Assembly (NCBI RefSeq): GCF_045348745.1
Contig: NZ_CP162163.1
Strand: one strand, 5' to 3'
Origin: Escherichia coli
GTDB lineage: Bacteria > Pseudomonadota > Gammaproteobacteria > Enterobacterales > Enterobacteriaceae
DNA length: 32,000 nt
Made by a program: the position numbers and the translations under genes. The notes beneath the pieces were generated by a model. That model saw only the letters and a list, made by a program, of their open reading frames with translations, had not been told where the DNA came from and did no database searches. Below are positions 16,464-26,844 of this stretch, one piece after another (the first letter of the stretch is position 1; each line of letters begins with the position of its first letter).

Positions 16464-17702
16464 TCAAGAATTTTGGTGGTAAATTCGCGGGGTCATAACA
16501 ACGATTTTTTCATCATTGTTCTGGAGAAGCTCGAGACGGTCTACCCATAGATTAAGAGCATCACGTTTCGCATCGAGATAACGGGAGTGGTTATAGACTC
16601 GTTGCATCCCTGGCATCTGGTGGGCTGTAAGCTGCTCGACAATATGCGGATCCACGCCTAAATCGTTCAGCATGGTTGTAAATGTGTGCCGGATGTCATG
16701 CAACGACCAGGGGGCTTGATTAATGCGCCTGTGCGCTGTTCTTCCGTACTCTGCTACCGAAGATTGCCCTTTCAGTTCACCAAGCAATAAACCCGTGCGT
16801 CGGTTCTGTTCCACCAGCTGCGTGACGAACGGCAAAATGCTTTCCGGTATTGGCCTGAATATGGCGACCTTCGTTTTGCTGTGCTCCTTCGGCACTGTCC
16901 AGAGCATTTCCTTAAAATCCCACTCCTGCACCTCAGAGCGTCTTAGCTCAGTGGTACGGCATCCAAAAACAATCAGGAGGCGAATCAGAGCGCTGTAGTA
17001 CGGCGGGAATATTTTGTCATCCAGGGCGCGGAGTAATTCCCCAAGCTCCTTGTTTGTTAGTACGCGCTCGCTCACTTCTGCTTTTTTTCCCACATCACCG
17101 ACAACCATATCATCAAGAACGTTGCTGATTGCGTAGCGACGTTTGCGGCAGTATTTAAGCGCCTGCTTGCATACCTGTAGCAAAAATCCGGCAGATACAG
17201 GGCTTAGCTTTGCCATCTGATCAAAACAGGCCAGCCAGTGCCGTAGCTCGCATTTCTCCAGCGGCATAGCGCCAATCTGGCTGATTATGTGTTTATTGAT
17301 CCGGCTCTTCAGAGATTCGTAGTCTGTGCGCTTTTCCTTCGCATACGACTCAAGCCAGTAAGTGAGCGCTTCCTTAACCGTCACAGGTGATAACGCTTCC
17401 TGCACTGTGTGATTAAGCTCATGGCGTGGATTTTTCCCCTCCGCCAGCCAGGCGCGACACTGTGCCGCTTTTTCCCTGGCTGCTTTCAGGCTCAGATCGG
17501 GATAATTGCCCAGCCTCAGACGTTCAGGTGATACCTGCCTACCAGTTCCGGCCCTGTAAGTGAAATACCAGGTTAAAAGGCCGCTGGTGGAATGTCTTAC
17601 GCTAAGATTGCCACCGTCATTAAAAAAGGCGTTTTTTGTGGCTGGTGATCCGCTTAATTTTCGTAAAAAAGTATCGCTAAGTCTATGAATTGCGCTGCCC
17701 AT
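16464..17702 (-). CDS. Tyrosine-type site-specific integrase
   Basis: 412 aa; catalytic-type segments FGCRTTELRR, SLHDIRHTFTTMLNDLGVDPHIVEQLTAHQMPG, YNHSRYLDAKRDALNLW; lies at the element end. Confidence 0.95.
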   Translation of the reverse strand: MGSAIHRLSDTFLRKLSGSPATKNAFFNDGGNLSVRHSTSGLLTWYFTYRAGTGRQVSPERLRLGNYPDLSLKAAREKAAQCRAWLAEGKNPRHELNHTVQEALSPVTVKEALTYWLESYAKEKRTDYESLKSRINKHIISQIGAMPLEKCELRHWLACFDQMAKLSPVSAGFLLQVCKQALKYCRKRRYAISNVLDDMVVGDVGKKAEVSERVLTNKELGELLRALDDKIFPPYYSALIRLLIVFGCRTTELRRSEVQEWDFKEMLWTVPKEHSKTKVAIFRPIPESILPFVTQLVEQNRRTGLLLGELKGQSSVAEYGRTAHRRINQAPWSLHDIRHTFTTMLNDLGVDPHIVEQLTAHQMPGMQRVYNHSRYLDAKRDALNLWVDRLELLQNNDEKIVVMTPRIYHQNS

Positions 17703-17723
17703 GTTTCGCGTTTCCGGTCATCA

Positions 17724-17750
17724 AAATTAACTACACCATTGACTACACCG
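17724..17750 (+). repeat. Terminal 27-bp direct repeat, right copy
   Basis: AAATTAACTACACCATTGACTACACCG, 26/27 identical to 7343-7369. Confidence 0.7.
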
Positions 17751-17870
17751 AGCATCGTACAAGGGCAAACAGTGACGAACAAGGGCGAACAAGAAAAACG
17801 AAATTTTCCTTTATAATCATAGCAATAAATGAGACAAACACACCACAGCGAACACCCACGAACACTAACT

Positions 17871-17892
17871 GATAAATAACTATCATCTATCG
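17871..17892 (+). repeat. Candidate right attachment core (attR)
   Basis: GATAAATAACTATCATCTATCG, 19/22 identical to 7258-7279 in the same orientation. Confidence 0.5.
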
Positions 17893-18106
17893 TTGGCATC
17901 AGCGACATCTGTCACATTCCTGTCAATAGCGTTAACTGCTTCAAATTTTTGATTCATACCTGCCCCCTGTCCCCTGTCAAATGCTTGACGGCTCGCCCTA
18001 ATTCTCTAAATTGTATTTCTAGAGTTGGCGAGGTTTTGAACAGCCCCCTCTCTGACCCCGGTTTATTCCATCTTACTTGTATAAGATTTGCGAAGGATGT
18101 CGAAGC

Positions 18107-18331
18107 ATGGAAAAGGGTACTGTTAAGTGGTTCAACAATGCCAAAGGGTTTGGTTTCATCTGCCCTGAAGGCGGCGGCGAAGATATTTTCGCTCATTATT
18201 CCACCATTCAGATGGATGGTTACAGAACGCTAAAAGCTGGACAATCCGTTCAGTTTGATGTCCACCAGGGGCCAAAAGGCAATCACGCCAGTGTTATTGT
18301 GCCCGTCGAAGTAGAAGCGGCAGTCGCATAG
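18107..18331 (+). CDS. cspD: Cold shock-like protein CspD
   Basis: 74 aa MEKGTVKWFNNAKGFGFICPEGGGEDIFAHYSTIQMDGYRTLKAGQSVQFDV... Confidence 0.98.
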   Translation: MEKGTVKWFNNAKGFGFICPEGGGEDIFAHYSTIQMDGYRTLKAGQSVQFDVHQGPKGNHASVIVPVEVEAAVA

Positions 18332-18363
18332 CTCTTCTGTCTCATTGTGTACATCCTAAAGGC

Positions 18364-18396
18364 AAAATGCCAGCCCGATCGGCTGGCATTTTTATC
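18364..18396 (+). terminator. Terminator between convergent cspD and macB
   Basis: AATGCCAGCC/GGCTGGCATT stem followed by TTTT; may act on both strands. Confidence 0.8.
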
Positions 18397-18403
18397 TCAA
18401 AAA

Positions 18404-20350
18404 TTACTCTCGTGCCAGAGCATCTACTGGATCCAGTCGTGCCGCATTTCGTGCGGGTAACCAGCCAAATAAAATCCCGGTGGCCGTCGAGCAGAGAAAC
18501 GCCAGCAGCAGTGCCAACGGTGAAAAACCAATCTCCCAGCCGGGTAAGAAAAGCTGCAAGGTGAAAGCAATTAACAGTGACAGTGTTATTCCCAACGCGC
18601 CACCGACCAGGCAAACCAGTACGGCTTCGATCAGGAACTGTTGCAAAACATCGCTTGCTCGCGCACCTACAGCCATGCGAATGCCAATTTCCCGCGTCCG
18701 CTCGGTCACTGACACCAGCATAATATTCATTACACCAATACCACCCACCACCAGCGAAATCACCGCCACCAGCGTCAGAAACAGTTGTAAAGTACGTGTG
18801 GTCTTTTCAACAGTTTTCAAGACGCCGTCCATGTTCCAGGTAAAGAAATCCTTCTTACCGTGGCGCAGTGAAAGTAAACGCGTGAGTTGCTGTTCCGCCT
18901 CGGCGCTGTCAAATCCTTCTTTCACCCTGACAGTAATGGAGTTAAGCCACGACTGGCCCATAACTCGCCCGGACATCGTGCTGTAAGGTAGCCAGACACG
19001 CAGCACTTTACTGCTACCAAACATCGACTGTTTTTCTTCCGCCACACCAATGACTCTGGCGGGCATATTGCCGACCAGAATCACCTCGCCAACCACATCT
19101 GCTTTATGGGGGAAAAGCTGGCGGCGAGTATTACTGTCGAGAACCACGACCTGCGCACGACCGTTCAGCTGCTCCTGATTAAAGGTGTTTCCTTCACTGA
19201 AGGTCATGCCATAGACATTAAAATAATCGCCGCTCACGCCATTGGCACTGGCAGCAACATCAACATTGTTATAACGCAGGCGCAGGTTTTGCGAGACGGC
19301 AGGTGTGGCTGAGGCGACCCACGGTTGTTTTTGGATGGCGATTAAGTCGTCGTACTTCAGCGCCTGCTGATATTGCGGATCGTCATCGCCAAAATCTTTC
19401 CCGGGATAGACATCAATAGTATTCGTACCTATAGAACGAATATCCGCCAGCACCATTTGTTTGGCGGCGTCACCCACCACGACAATGGAAACCACCGACG
19501 CAATACCGATAATAATCCCCAGCATGGTCAGTAAAGTACGCATTTTATTCGCTGCCAGCGCCCGCCATGCCATCGTCAGCGCCTCGTTAAAACCGCTGAC
19601 AAACTGCCGCCAGCCAGACACCGTGTTGACAACAGGCTCCGTCCCGCCAGCAACATTCACTTTTTCAATGGCGGGAGGATTGCGCACAATTTCGCCGTCG
19701 CGAATTTCGATCACCCGCTCGGCCTGAGCAGCGACCTGCGGATCGTGGGTGACGATAATCACCGTATGCCCGCGATCGCGCAGCTGATGCAGGATCGCCA
19801 TCACCTCTTCGCCAGAATGGCTGTCCAGTGCGCCGGTTGGTTCATCGGCAAGAATTACCTGACCGCCGTTCATCAATGCCCGCGCGATGCTGACGCGCTG
19901 TTGCTGACCACCCGAAAGCTGTGCCGGATAATACTCTGTACGGTCTTCCAGCCCCAGTCGTTGCAGTAACCCCTGGGCGCGAAGCAGCCGCTGTTTCCGC
20001 TCAAGACCGGCATAGACGGCGGGTACTTCAACGTTCTGCTCGGCGGTTAAATGCGAAAGTAAATGGTAACGCTGGAAAATAAAGCCGAAATGCTCGCGGC
20101 GCAGTTGCGCCAGCGCATCGGCGTCCAGTGTGGCAACATCCTGACCGGCGACGCGATAGGTGCCGCTGGTGGCCTTATCCAGACAGCCGAGAATATTCAT
20201 CAGGGTCGATTTACCGGAACCTGAAGCGCCAACAATCGCTACCATCTCACCGGCATAAATATCGAGGGTGATGCCCTTCAGCACCTCAACCTGCTCATCA
20301 CCGGCAGGATAGCTGCGACGAATATCCTTTAATTCGAGCAAAGGCGTCAT
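18404..20350 (-). CDS. macB: Macrolide export ATP-binding/permease MacB
   Basis: 648 aa; [30 protein letters not shown] and C-terminal FtsX-like permease. Confidence 0.98.
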   Translation of the reverse strand: MTPLLELKDIRRSYPAGDEQVEVLKGITLDIYAGEMVAIVGASGSGKSTLMNILGCLDKATSGTYRVAGQDVATLDADALAQLRREHFGFIFQRYHLLSHLTAEQNVEVPAVYAGLERKQRLLRAQGLLQRLGLEDRTEYYPAQLSGGQQQRVSIARALMNGGQVILADEPTGALDSHSGEEVMAILHQLRDRGHTVIIVTHDPQVAAQAERVIEIRDGEIVRNPPAIEKVNVAGGTEPVVNTVSGWRQFVSGFNEALTMAWRALAANKMRTLLTMLGIIIGIASVVSIVVVGDAAKQMVLADIRSIGTNTIDVYPGKDFGDDDPQYQQALKYDDLIAIQKQPWVASATPAVSQNLRLRYNNVDVAASANGVSGDYFNVYGMTFSEGNTFNQEQLNGRAQVVVLDSNTRRQLFPHKADVVGEVILVGNMPARVIGVAEEKQSMFGSSKVLRVWLPYSTMSGRVMGQSWLNSITVRVKEGFDSAEAEQQLTRLLSLRHGKKDFFTWNMDGVLKTVEKTTRTLQLFLTLVAVISLVVGGIGVMNIMLVSVTERTREIGIRMAVGARASDVLQQFLIEAVLVCLVGGALGITLSLLIAFTLQLFLPGWEIGFSPLALLLAFLCSTATGILFGWLPARNAARLDPVDALARE

Positions 20351-21462
20351 TGTGCAGCTCCTGGTTTGGCCTCACCAATCACCACTTCATCGCCCGCTTC
20401 CAGCCCTTTGACAATCTCAACATCGGTATCGTTACGTGCGCCAATCGTCACTTCACGCTCGCGTGTTTCACCATTACGCAACAATTTGACTTTATAACGA
20501 TTATCGCCAACCGGATCGCCTAACGCCGACAGAGGGATCGTCAGCACATTTTTCACATCGGTGAGCTGAATATGCACTTGCGCAGTCATATCCAGCCGCA
20601 GCAAACCATTGGGGTTGGGGACTTCAAAACGGGCGTAATAGAAAATAGCGTCGTTAACCTTTTCCGGCGTCGGTAGTACATCCTTGATTTGCCCCTCGTA
20701 GCGCGTCAGTGGATCGCCAAGTACCGTAAACCAGGCTTTTTGCCCCGGCTTCAGGTGGATTACATCCGCTTCAGAAACCTGCGCTTTTACCAGCATGGTG
20801 CTCATATCTGCCAGCGTCAGAATGTTCGGTGCTTGTTGTGCGGCAATCACCGTCTGGCCTTGCAGAGTGGTGATTTGCGTGACTTCCCCGGCCATCGGGG
20901 CAACGATGCGAGTGTAATCGAGATTGGTTTTAGCCGTATCGAGAGAAGCCTGATTGCGCTTGATTTGCGCGTCAATGGTGCCAATTTGCGCCTGTTTCAC
21001 AGCCATCTCCGTCGCGGCGGTGTCGAGATCCTGCTGTGAAACCGCCTGCGTTTGTGCCAGACGTTGCTGACGGGAATACGTCACCCGCGCCAGTTTCAGC
21101 TCCGCTTCCGCCTGCTGCCGCTGCGCACGTAGCTCCATCAGCGTTGCTTCGACCTCCTTAATCTGGTTTTCAGCCTGTTCAGGATCAATAACCCCTAAAA
21201 GCTGGTCTTTTTTTACTTTATCGCCAATCGCCACCGACAGAGTTTTCAACTGACCGCTGACCTGCGCGCCCACGTCAACCTTACGCAGCGCGTCCAGCTT
21301 TCCGGTCGCCAGCACGCTTTGCTGTAAATCACCGGGGCGCACAATCAGTGTCTGATAAGTCGGCACGGGTGCGTTAAGAATTCTCCATAACGTAATCAGT
21401 CCGGCGATGACTATCACCAGCGCAATAACGTAACGCTTCTTCACGGTTTTCCGCTTTTTCAT
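20347..21462 (-). CDS. macA: Macrolide export periplasmic adaptor MacA
   Basis: 371 aa from [21 protein letters not shown]; HlyD-type adaptor overlapping the macB start. Confidence 0.97.
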   Translation of the reverse strand: MKKRKTVKKRYVIALVIVIAGLITLWRILNAPVPTYQTLIVRPGDLQQSVLATGKLDALRKVDVGAQVSGQLKTLSVAIGDKVKKDQLLGVIDPEQAENQIKEVEATLMELRAQRQQAEAELKLARVTYSRQQRLAQTQAVSQQDLDTAATEMAVKQAQIGTIDAQIKRNQASLDTAKTNLDYTRIVAPMAGEVTQITTLQGQTVIAAQQAPNILTLADMSTMLVKAQVSEADVIHLKPGQKAWFTVLGDPLTRYEGQIKDVLPTPEKVNDAIFYYARFEVPNPNGLLRLDMTAQVHIQLTDVKNVLTIPLSALGDPVGDNRYKVKLLRNGETREREVTIGARNDTDVEIVKGLEAGDEVVIGEAKPGAAQ

Positions 21463-21576
21463 AAATATTCTGAATACTCCATATGCCAATCCGGGTCATT
21501 AACTTCAACGAAATATCAACAAAACCCTAAAATTTACGTTAGTAATCACACTATTGATGTTTGGTTAAGATACGCA

Positions 21577-22569
21577 ATGGTGAAATCGACGTCATGTATA
21601 ACCATTGATTTCATGAATATGTCGCAGCTAACTGAACGGACCTTTACGCCATCTGAATCTCTCAGCAGCCTGTCACTTTTTCTTAGTCTGGCACGTGGAC
21701 AGTGTCGGCCGGGTAAATTCTGGCATCGCCGTAGTTTTCGCCAGAAATTTTTGCTGCGCTCGTTGATTATGCCGCGTTTAAGCGTTGAGTGGATGAACGA
21801 ACTTTCCCACTGGCCTAATCTCAATGTATTGTTAACGCGCCAGCCGCGACTGCCTGTGCGTCTGCATCGCCCTTACCTTGCGGCGAATCTTAGCCGTAAG
21901 CAATTGCTGGAGGCGTTACGTTACCATTATGCGTTACTCCGCGGATGTATGTCGGCGGAAGAATTCAGCTTATATTTGAATACCCCCGGGCTGCAACTGG
22001 CGAAGCTGGAAGGCAAAAACGGCGAGCAGTTCACGCTTGAGCTGACCATGATGATCTCAATGGATAAAGAAGGTGACAGCACAATCCTGTTCCGCAACAG
22101 CGAAGGTATTCCTCTGGCAGAGATCACGTTTACCCTGTGTGAATATCAGGGGAAAAGAACGATGTTTATTGGCGGACTGCAAGGCGCAAAATGGGAAATT
22201 CCACATCAGGAAATCCAGAATGCGACGAAAGCCTGCCACGGGCTATTTCCCAAACGCCTCGTGATGGAAGCGGCCTGTCTGTTTGCCCAACGTTTGCAGG
22301 TAGAGCAGATTATTGCCGTCAGCAATGAAACGCATATTTACCGCAGCCTGCGTTATCGTGATAAAGAAGGCAAGATCCATGCCGATTACAACGCTTTCTG
22401 GGAATCGGTTGGCGGCGTATGTGATGCTGAACGCCATTACCGCCTTCCAGCACAGATAGCACGAAAAGAGATTGCCGAAATCGCCAGTAAAAAACGGGCT
22501 GAATACCGTCGGCGCTATGAGATGCTCGACGCTATTCAGCCACAAATGGCCACGATGTTTCGCGGTTAA
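21577..22569 (+). CDS. ybjX: YbjX, VirK/YbjX family (DUF535) protein
   Basis: 330 aa, syntenic with macA; start may be a downstream Met. Confidence 0.9.
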   Translation: MVKSTSCITIDFMNMSQLTERTFTPSESLSSLSLFLSLARGQCRPGKFWHRRSFRQKFLLRSLIMPRLSVEWMNELSHWPNLNVLLTRQPRLPVRLHRPYLAANLSRKQLLEALRYHYALLRGCMSAEEFSLYLNTPGLQLAKLEGKNGEQFTLELTMMISMDKEGDSTILFRNSEGIPLAEITFTLCEYQGKRTMFIGGLQGAKWEIPHQEIQNATKACHGLFPKRLVMEAACLFAQRLQVEQIIAVSNETHIYRSLRYRDKEGKIHADYNAFWESVGGVCDAERHYRLPAQIARKEIAEIASKKRAEYRRRYEMLDAIQPQMATMFRG

Positions 22570-24224
22570 TCCGCGCGACCGCGCGCCAGCCACAGCACGC
22601 GTGAGAACATTTTTTTCAGCAGCGTCGGTACGGAGTCCACACCACGACGTCCGGCCTCCATTGCCACTTCAATGGCAAGATCGGGTTTGGAAGAGCGATG
22701 GATCGCTTTCGAGATAATTTTGCGCAGATTCATCGGTACATTTTCCGGGATTTGCGCCACGCGGTGGAACACATCGGAAAATCCCTGGCGATACATAAAA
22801 TGTTCCATATCCAGCGCCGGTAACGCCGTTAAATGTTCTCGTTCGGCTTCCCGATCGTTATTCAACAGGCTGCGTACCGTAGCGGCATATTTCTTCCCTG
22901 CTTCATCGCCATCGACCAGTACATGCCATTCAATCCCCATTCGGCGGGCAAATTTAACCAGTGGCTTTAGCCCGGACTGGGCAAACTCAATGACCTTGAT
23001 CCCTTCGGCATCGAAATGGTGTCCACACTGGCGCGCCAGTTCATTGATAACCCAGGTTTCCGTTTCCCCTTCCACCAGCAACCAGCAGCGAGCAAACAGC
23101 GATGACGGACGGTTAAAACGAATGTGAAAGGATATGCGTCGGCTATCTTCGGTACTCAAGCCACTCGGCCCCAGACGCCAGGCGGCAACGCGCGAGGACT
23201 CACGTACCAGTCGGCAAACATGCTCTACCGGCGTTAACGAAAGCAACTCACCCGAGTTGGTGGTGGCAATGCGCTGCAATGGCAGAAGATTCAACAGATG
23301 CCAGGCAACTGAAAGCATAATGGGGTGTAAACGGGTTTCTGGATCTTCAATTAGCAATAACGGACGCGCGTCTTTATCCAGTCTCAATGTGCCTTTTGCC
23401 TGCAATAAAGTAGCAAACAGGCCGAGCAAAATAACCCGATACGAGCGCCCTCCAGGTCGGTCAATCATCCGGTTGATGATGTCCAGATAGCGCCAGCTTC
23501 GTTGCTCATTGCTGGCCCGCCGCCGCATTAAACGATATCGCGCCTGTCCGGCCCCCTGCTCAGAGAAATAATGCTCAAGCAACTGCACCATTGCGGAAAG
23601 TCCCTGACGAATCTGTCCATCAGAGAGATTTTGCGGATGTGAGGACAACTCACGGGCGAGGAAATCGAGCTGGCGCGCGGTGACTTCCACATTGGGAACA
23701 TTTGGCACCGTGCCGTTACGAATACGGCGCATAAAACGGGCATCACGCAAGCGCAGCACCGGCATTAAACGCACCAGATGGCGTGCCTGATCGTTAATAT
23801 CCTCGACATCAATCGGATGTCCGTCTTTATCGAGAAAACTGCGCAGTGTCATCACGCTGCCGTCTTCCGCACTCTCCCCTTCCAGACGATAAAAAATACG
23901 GTGATAGCCATCGGTGCATGGCGTCCAGCACGCTTCCAGCGGCCGATAACGGCGAACCCGATGTCGGCCTGGCAGCGATTCGCGGAAGGTCAAAATAATA
24001 TGCAGATGATGTTCTCGCCCGTTGATATCTCCCGGCGGGAACCAGAAATCGTCGCGCTCAAAATGGTAGAGATCTGATTCTGGCGATAGCAGCAGGGTTA
24101 AGGCGTCCAGCAAGCTGGATTTACCCCACGCGTTCTCCCCAATCAGGACGTTGTTTTGTTCGAGCATCAACGACAAACGGTTGATACCGCGAAAACCCAC
24201 AATTTCAACGCGCTCAAGAATCAT
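22566..24224 (-). CDS. ybjD: OLD-family ATP-dependent endonuclease-like protein YbjD
   Basis: 552 aa; AAA Walker A LIGENAWGKSSLLDAL and TOPRIM-like VEGETETWVI/VLVDGDEAGKKYA. Confidence 0.93.
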   Translation of the reverse strand: MILERVEIVGFRGINRLSLMLEQNNVLIGENAWGKSSLLDALTLLLSPESDLYHFERDDFWFPPGDINGREHHLHIILTFRESLPGRHRVRRYRPLEACWTPCTDGYHRIFYRLEGESAEDGSVMTLRSFLDKDGHPIDVEDINDQARHLVRLMPVLRLRDARFMRRIRNGTVPNVPNVEVTARQLDFLARELSSHPQNLSDGQIRQGLSAMVQLLEHYFSEQGAGQARYRLMRRRASNEQRSWRYLDIINRMIDRPGGRSYRVILLGLFATLLQAKGTLRLDKDARPLLLIEDPETRLHPIMLSVAWHLLNLLPLQRIATTNSGELLSLTPVEHVCRLVRESSRVAAWRLGPSGLSTEDSRRISFHIRFNRPSSLFARCWLLVEGETETWVINELARQCGHHFDAEGIKVIEFAQSGLKPLVKFARRMGIEWHVLVDGDEAGKKYAATVRSLLNNDREAEREHLTALPALDMEHFMYRQGFSDVFHRVAQIPENVPMNLRKIISKAIHRSSKPDLAIEVAMEAGRRGVDSVPTLLKKMFSRVLWLARGRAD

Positions 24225-24649
24225 ATCCCCTCCAGAAATATGTGACTTATCCTTTACGCTGGCAGTATAACGGGAAAGGCCTTGCTAATACGTGATGACA
24301 TCACATTTAAGCATGGCAAATGTCTGAAAAATGAGCGAATAATCGCGTTATACTCCCTCTTGCTGATAAGTCTGCAAAAACAACAAAATCAAATAATTAG
24401 CATGATAAATTATTTTTTATTACGCCTAAAGGATTAAATCTTTTGCTTGCACTACACTGTCAATCAGACAAATGACTATATGGGGCAACCCGCTGTTGCC
24501 CTAAATCAAATTTACTGGATTTATTTATCTGGTGAATGACTCGCCTTCGTTTTTAAAATAGCCGCGCATTATTTCCGTCGTCACTTTTTTACGACGACCC
24601 TATAAAACGACCATATTTTTCACAGGGTCAATTTTTAATTGAGGTGGAT

Positions 24650-25345
24650 ATGTTCAGAAAATTAGCAGCTGAATGTTTTGGTACTTTCTGGCTTGTTTTT
24701 GGTGGCTGTGGTAGTGCTGTACTGGCCGCAGGCTTCCCGGAATTAGGCATTGGTTTTGCCGGCGTGGCGCTGGCGTTCGGTCTGACCGTTCTGACGATGG
24801 CCTTTGCTGTTGGTCATATTTCTGGTGGTCATTTTAACCCGGCGGTCACTATTGGTTTATGGGCTGGCGGACGTTTTCCGGCAAAAGAAGTCGTTGGCTA
24901 CGTAATTGCCCAGGTTGTCGGCGGTATTGTTGCAGCGGCGCTGCTGTATTTAATTGCCAGTGGTAAAACGGGTTTTGACGCGGCAGCCAGCGGTTTTGCT
25001 TCTAACGGTTATGGCGAGCATTCACCAGGCGGTTATTCCATGCTTTCCGCGCTGGTAGTTGAACTGGTATTGAGTGCAGGTTTCCTGTTGGTGATCCACG
25101 GCGCAACCGACAAATTCGCGCCGGCAGGTTTTGCGCCGATCGCTATTGGTCTGGCCTTAACCCTGATTCACTTAATTAGTATTCCGGTGACTAACACTTC
25201 TGTTAACCCGGCGCGCAGCACCGCGGTTGCTATCTTCCAGGGCGGCTGGGCATTAGAACAACTGTGGTTCTTCTGGGTGGTGCCAATTGTCGGCGGCATT
25301 ATCGGTGGTCTGATTTACCGGACCCTGCTGGAAAAACGTAATTAA
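24650..25345 (+). CDS. aqpZ: Aquaporin Z
   Basis: 231 aa [28 protein letters not shown]... with both NPA motifs ([14 protein letters not shown]). Confidence 0.98.
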   Translation: MFRKLAAECFGTFWLVFGGCGSAVLAAGFPELGIGFAGVALAFGLTVLTMAFAVGHISGGHFNPAVTIGLWAGGRFPAKEVVGYVIAQVVGGIVAAALLYLIASGKTGFDAAASGFASNGYGEHSPGGYSMLSALVVELVLSAGFLLVIHGATDKFAPAGFAPIAIGLALTLIHLISIPVTNTSVNPARSTAVAIFQGGWALEQLWFFWVVPIVGGIIGGLIYRTLLEKRN

Positions 25346-25384
25346 TTAGCATTGGCATTTTATCTGCCCTGGTTGTTTTATCTT

Positions 25385-25655
25385 CGACGTTACAAACCGC
25401 ACGGGTGTTGGTGGCGTCAAAATCGCTGAAGCGTTCCCCGAAGGCCGGGGCAGCCCACATGGATGTGGGCTGAGGGCGCGTCTTACAGGACGTTACCTCG
25501 CGCCCGACCCGGTAGCCGAAGGGGATAAGCTGAAGGTACCGCGCAGCGGCGATTTTGTTCGCCAGAGCCCGGGGGTGCAGGGGGCGGCGGCGACTGGCCG
25601 CCCCCTGCGCGCTCCCTGCGCCAGTGGCTTTATATGGCATTGCACATGAAAGGAG
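25385..25655. other. GC-rich intergenic segment with strong inverted repeats (possible structured RNA or repetitive element)
   Basis: Perfect stems CAGCCCACAT/ATGTGGGCTG (25451-25460/25463-25472) and GCAGGGGGCGGC/GCCGCCCCCTGC (25577-25588/25597-25608) between aqpZ and lysO. Confidence 0.5.
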
Positions 25656-25801
25656 CGCAACAATGCTAAACACTCAGATAGGATTAAAAATCCCCCTCTG
25701 ATGCATAACATTTCCTTTTAATTGCAACTTTACTCGTCCTTCCGCTTTCAGTAGTGTGTCATCGCGCATTTCGACTTCATCTTTGCAAGGACTGGGTTTT
25801 C

Positions 25802-26701
25802 ATGTTTTCTGGGCTGTTAATCATTCTGGTTCCCCTGATTGTGGGTTACCTCATTCCGCTTCGCCAACAAGCTGCGTTAAAAGTTATTAATCAGCTATTA
25901 AGCTGGATGGTTTACCTTATTCTCTTTTTTATGGGTATCAGTCTGGCGTTTCTCGATAACCTCGCCAGTAACCTGTTGGCGATTCTGCATTATTCTGCCG
26001 TCAGTATTACCGTTATTTTACTGTGTAATATTGCCGCCCTGATGTGGCTGGAGCGAGGCCTGCCGTGGCGCAACCACCATCAGCAAGAAAAACTCCCGTC
26101 GCGTATTGCGATGGCGCTGGAGTCGCTAAAACTGTGCGGCGTAGTAGTGATTGGTTTTGCCATTGGTCTGAGTGGACTGGCTTTCTTACAACACGCGACC
26201 GAAGCCAGTGAATACACGTTAATTTTGCTACTTTTCCTCGTTGGTATTCAGTTGCGCAATAATGGCATGACCTTAAAGCAGATTGTCCTTAATCGCCGGG
26301 GAATGATTGTCGCCGTGGTGGTGGTTGTCAGTTCATTAATTGGTGGTTTAATTAACGCCTTTATTCTTGATCTCCCCATCAATACCGCGCTGGCAATGGC
26401 CTCCGGTTTCGGCTGGTATTCTCTTTCCGGTATTTTATTGACCGAATCTTTTGGTCCGGTAATCGGGAGCGCGGCGTTTTTTAATGATCTGGCCCGTGAA
26501 CTGATTGCTATTATGTTGATCCCTGGGCTGATTCGCCGCAGCCGCTCTACTGCACTGGGCTTATGCGGTGCCACATCAATGGATTTCACCCTGCCCGTTC
26601 TTCAACGTACTGGCGGGCTGGATATGGTCCCGGCGGCAATTGTTCACGGTTTTATTCTTAGCCTGTTAGTGCCGATCCTCATCGCCTTTTTCTCTGCGTA
26701 A
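25802..26701 (+). CDS. lysO: L-lysine exporter LysO (YbjE)
   Basis: 299 aa membrane protein from MFSGLLIILVPLIVGYLIPLRQQ; synteny aqpZ-lysO-hcp. Confidence 0.94.
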   Translation: MFSGLLIILVPLIVGYLIPLRQQAALKVINQLLSWMVYLILFFMGISLAFLDNLASNLLAILHYSAVSITVILLCNIAALMWLERGLPWRNHHQQEKLPSRIAMALESLKLCGVVVIGFAIGLSGLAFLQHATEASEYTLILLLFLVGIQLRNNGMTLKQIVLNRRGMIVAVVVVVSSLIGGLINAFILDLPINTALAMASGFGWYSLSGILLTESFGPVIGSAAFFNDLARELIAIMLIPGLIRRSRSTALGLCGATSMDFTLPVLQRTGGLDMVPAAIVHGFILSLLVPILIAFFSA

Positions 26702-26844
26702 TACCTCTCTGGCGGTAGATCCCTGCCGCCAAAATTGCGCTAAATCAATCTCCCTTAAAGTTGCATGAAAAATCCCTTTTATCCCCGCGTTAAGCGTCTT
26801 AACCTTAAACATGTATATTAAATATAACTTTAAAAGGTGTGATC

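Larger units (their letters stand above)
7258..17892. mobile_element. Integrated phage-satellite-like element (PICI/P4-like, with its own capsid-protease fusion gene), about 10.6 kb, inserted between clpS and cspD
   Basis: Integrase near the right end, AlpA-type regulator, P4-family primase, SSB, capsid/protease fusion and TerS-like gene, bounded by near-identical direct repeats (7258-7279 / 17871-17892 and 7343-7369 / 17724-17750); interrupts the conserved clpS-cspD adjacency. Confidence 0.85.

Noticed and set aside
23134-23490. 118 aa plus-strand ORF antisense to ybjD
   Set aside because: Antisense shadow ORF with low-complexity composition; ybjD frame is intact.
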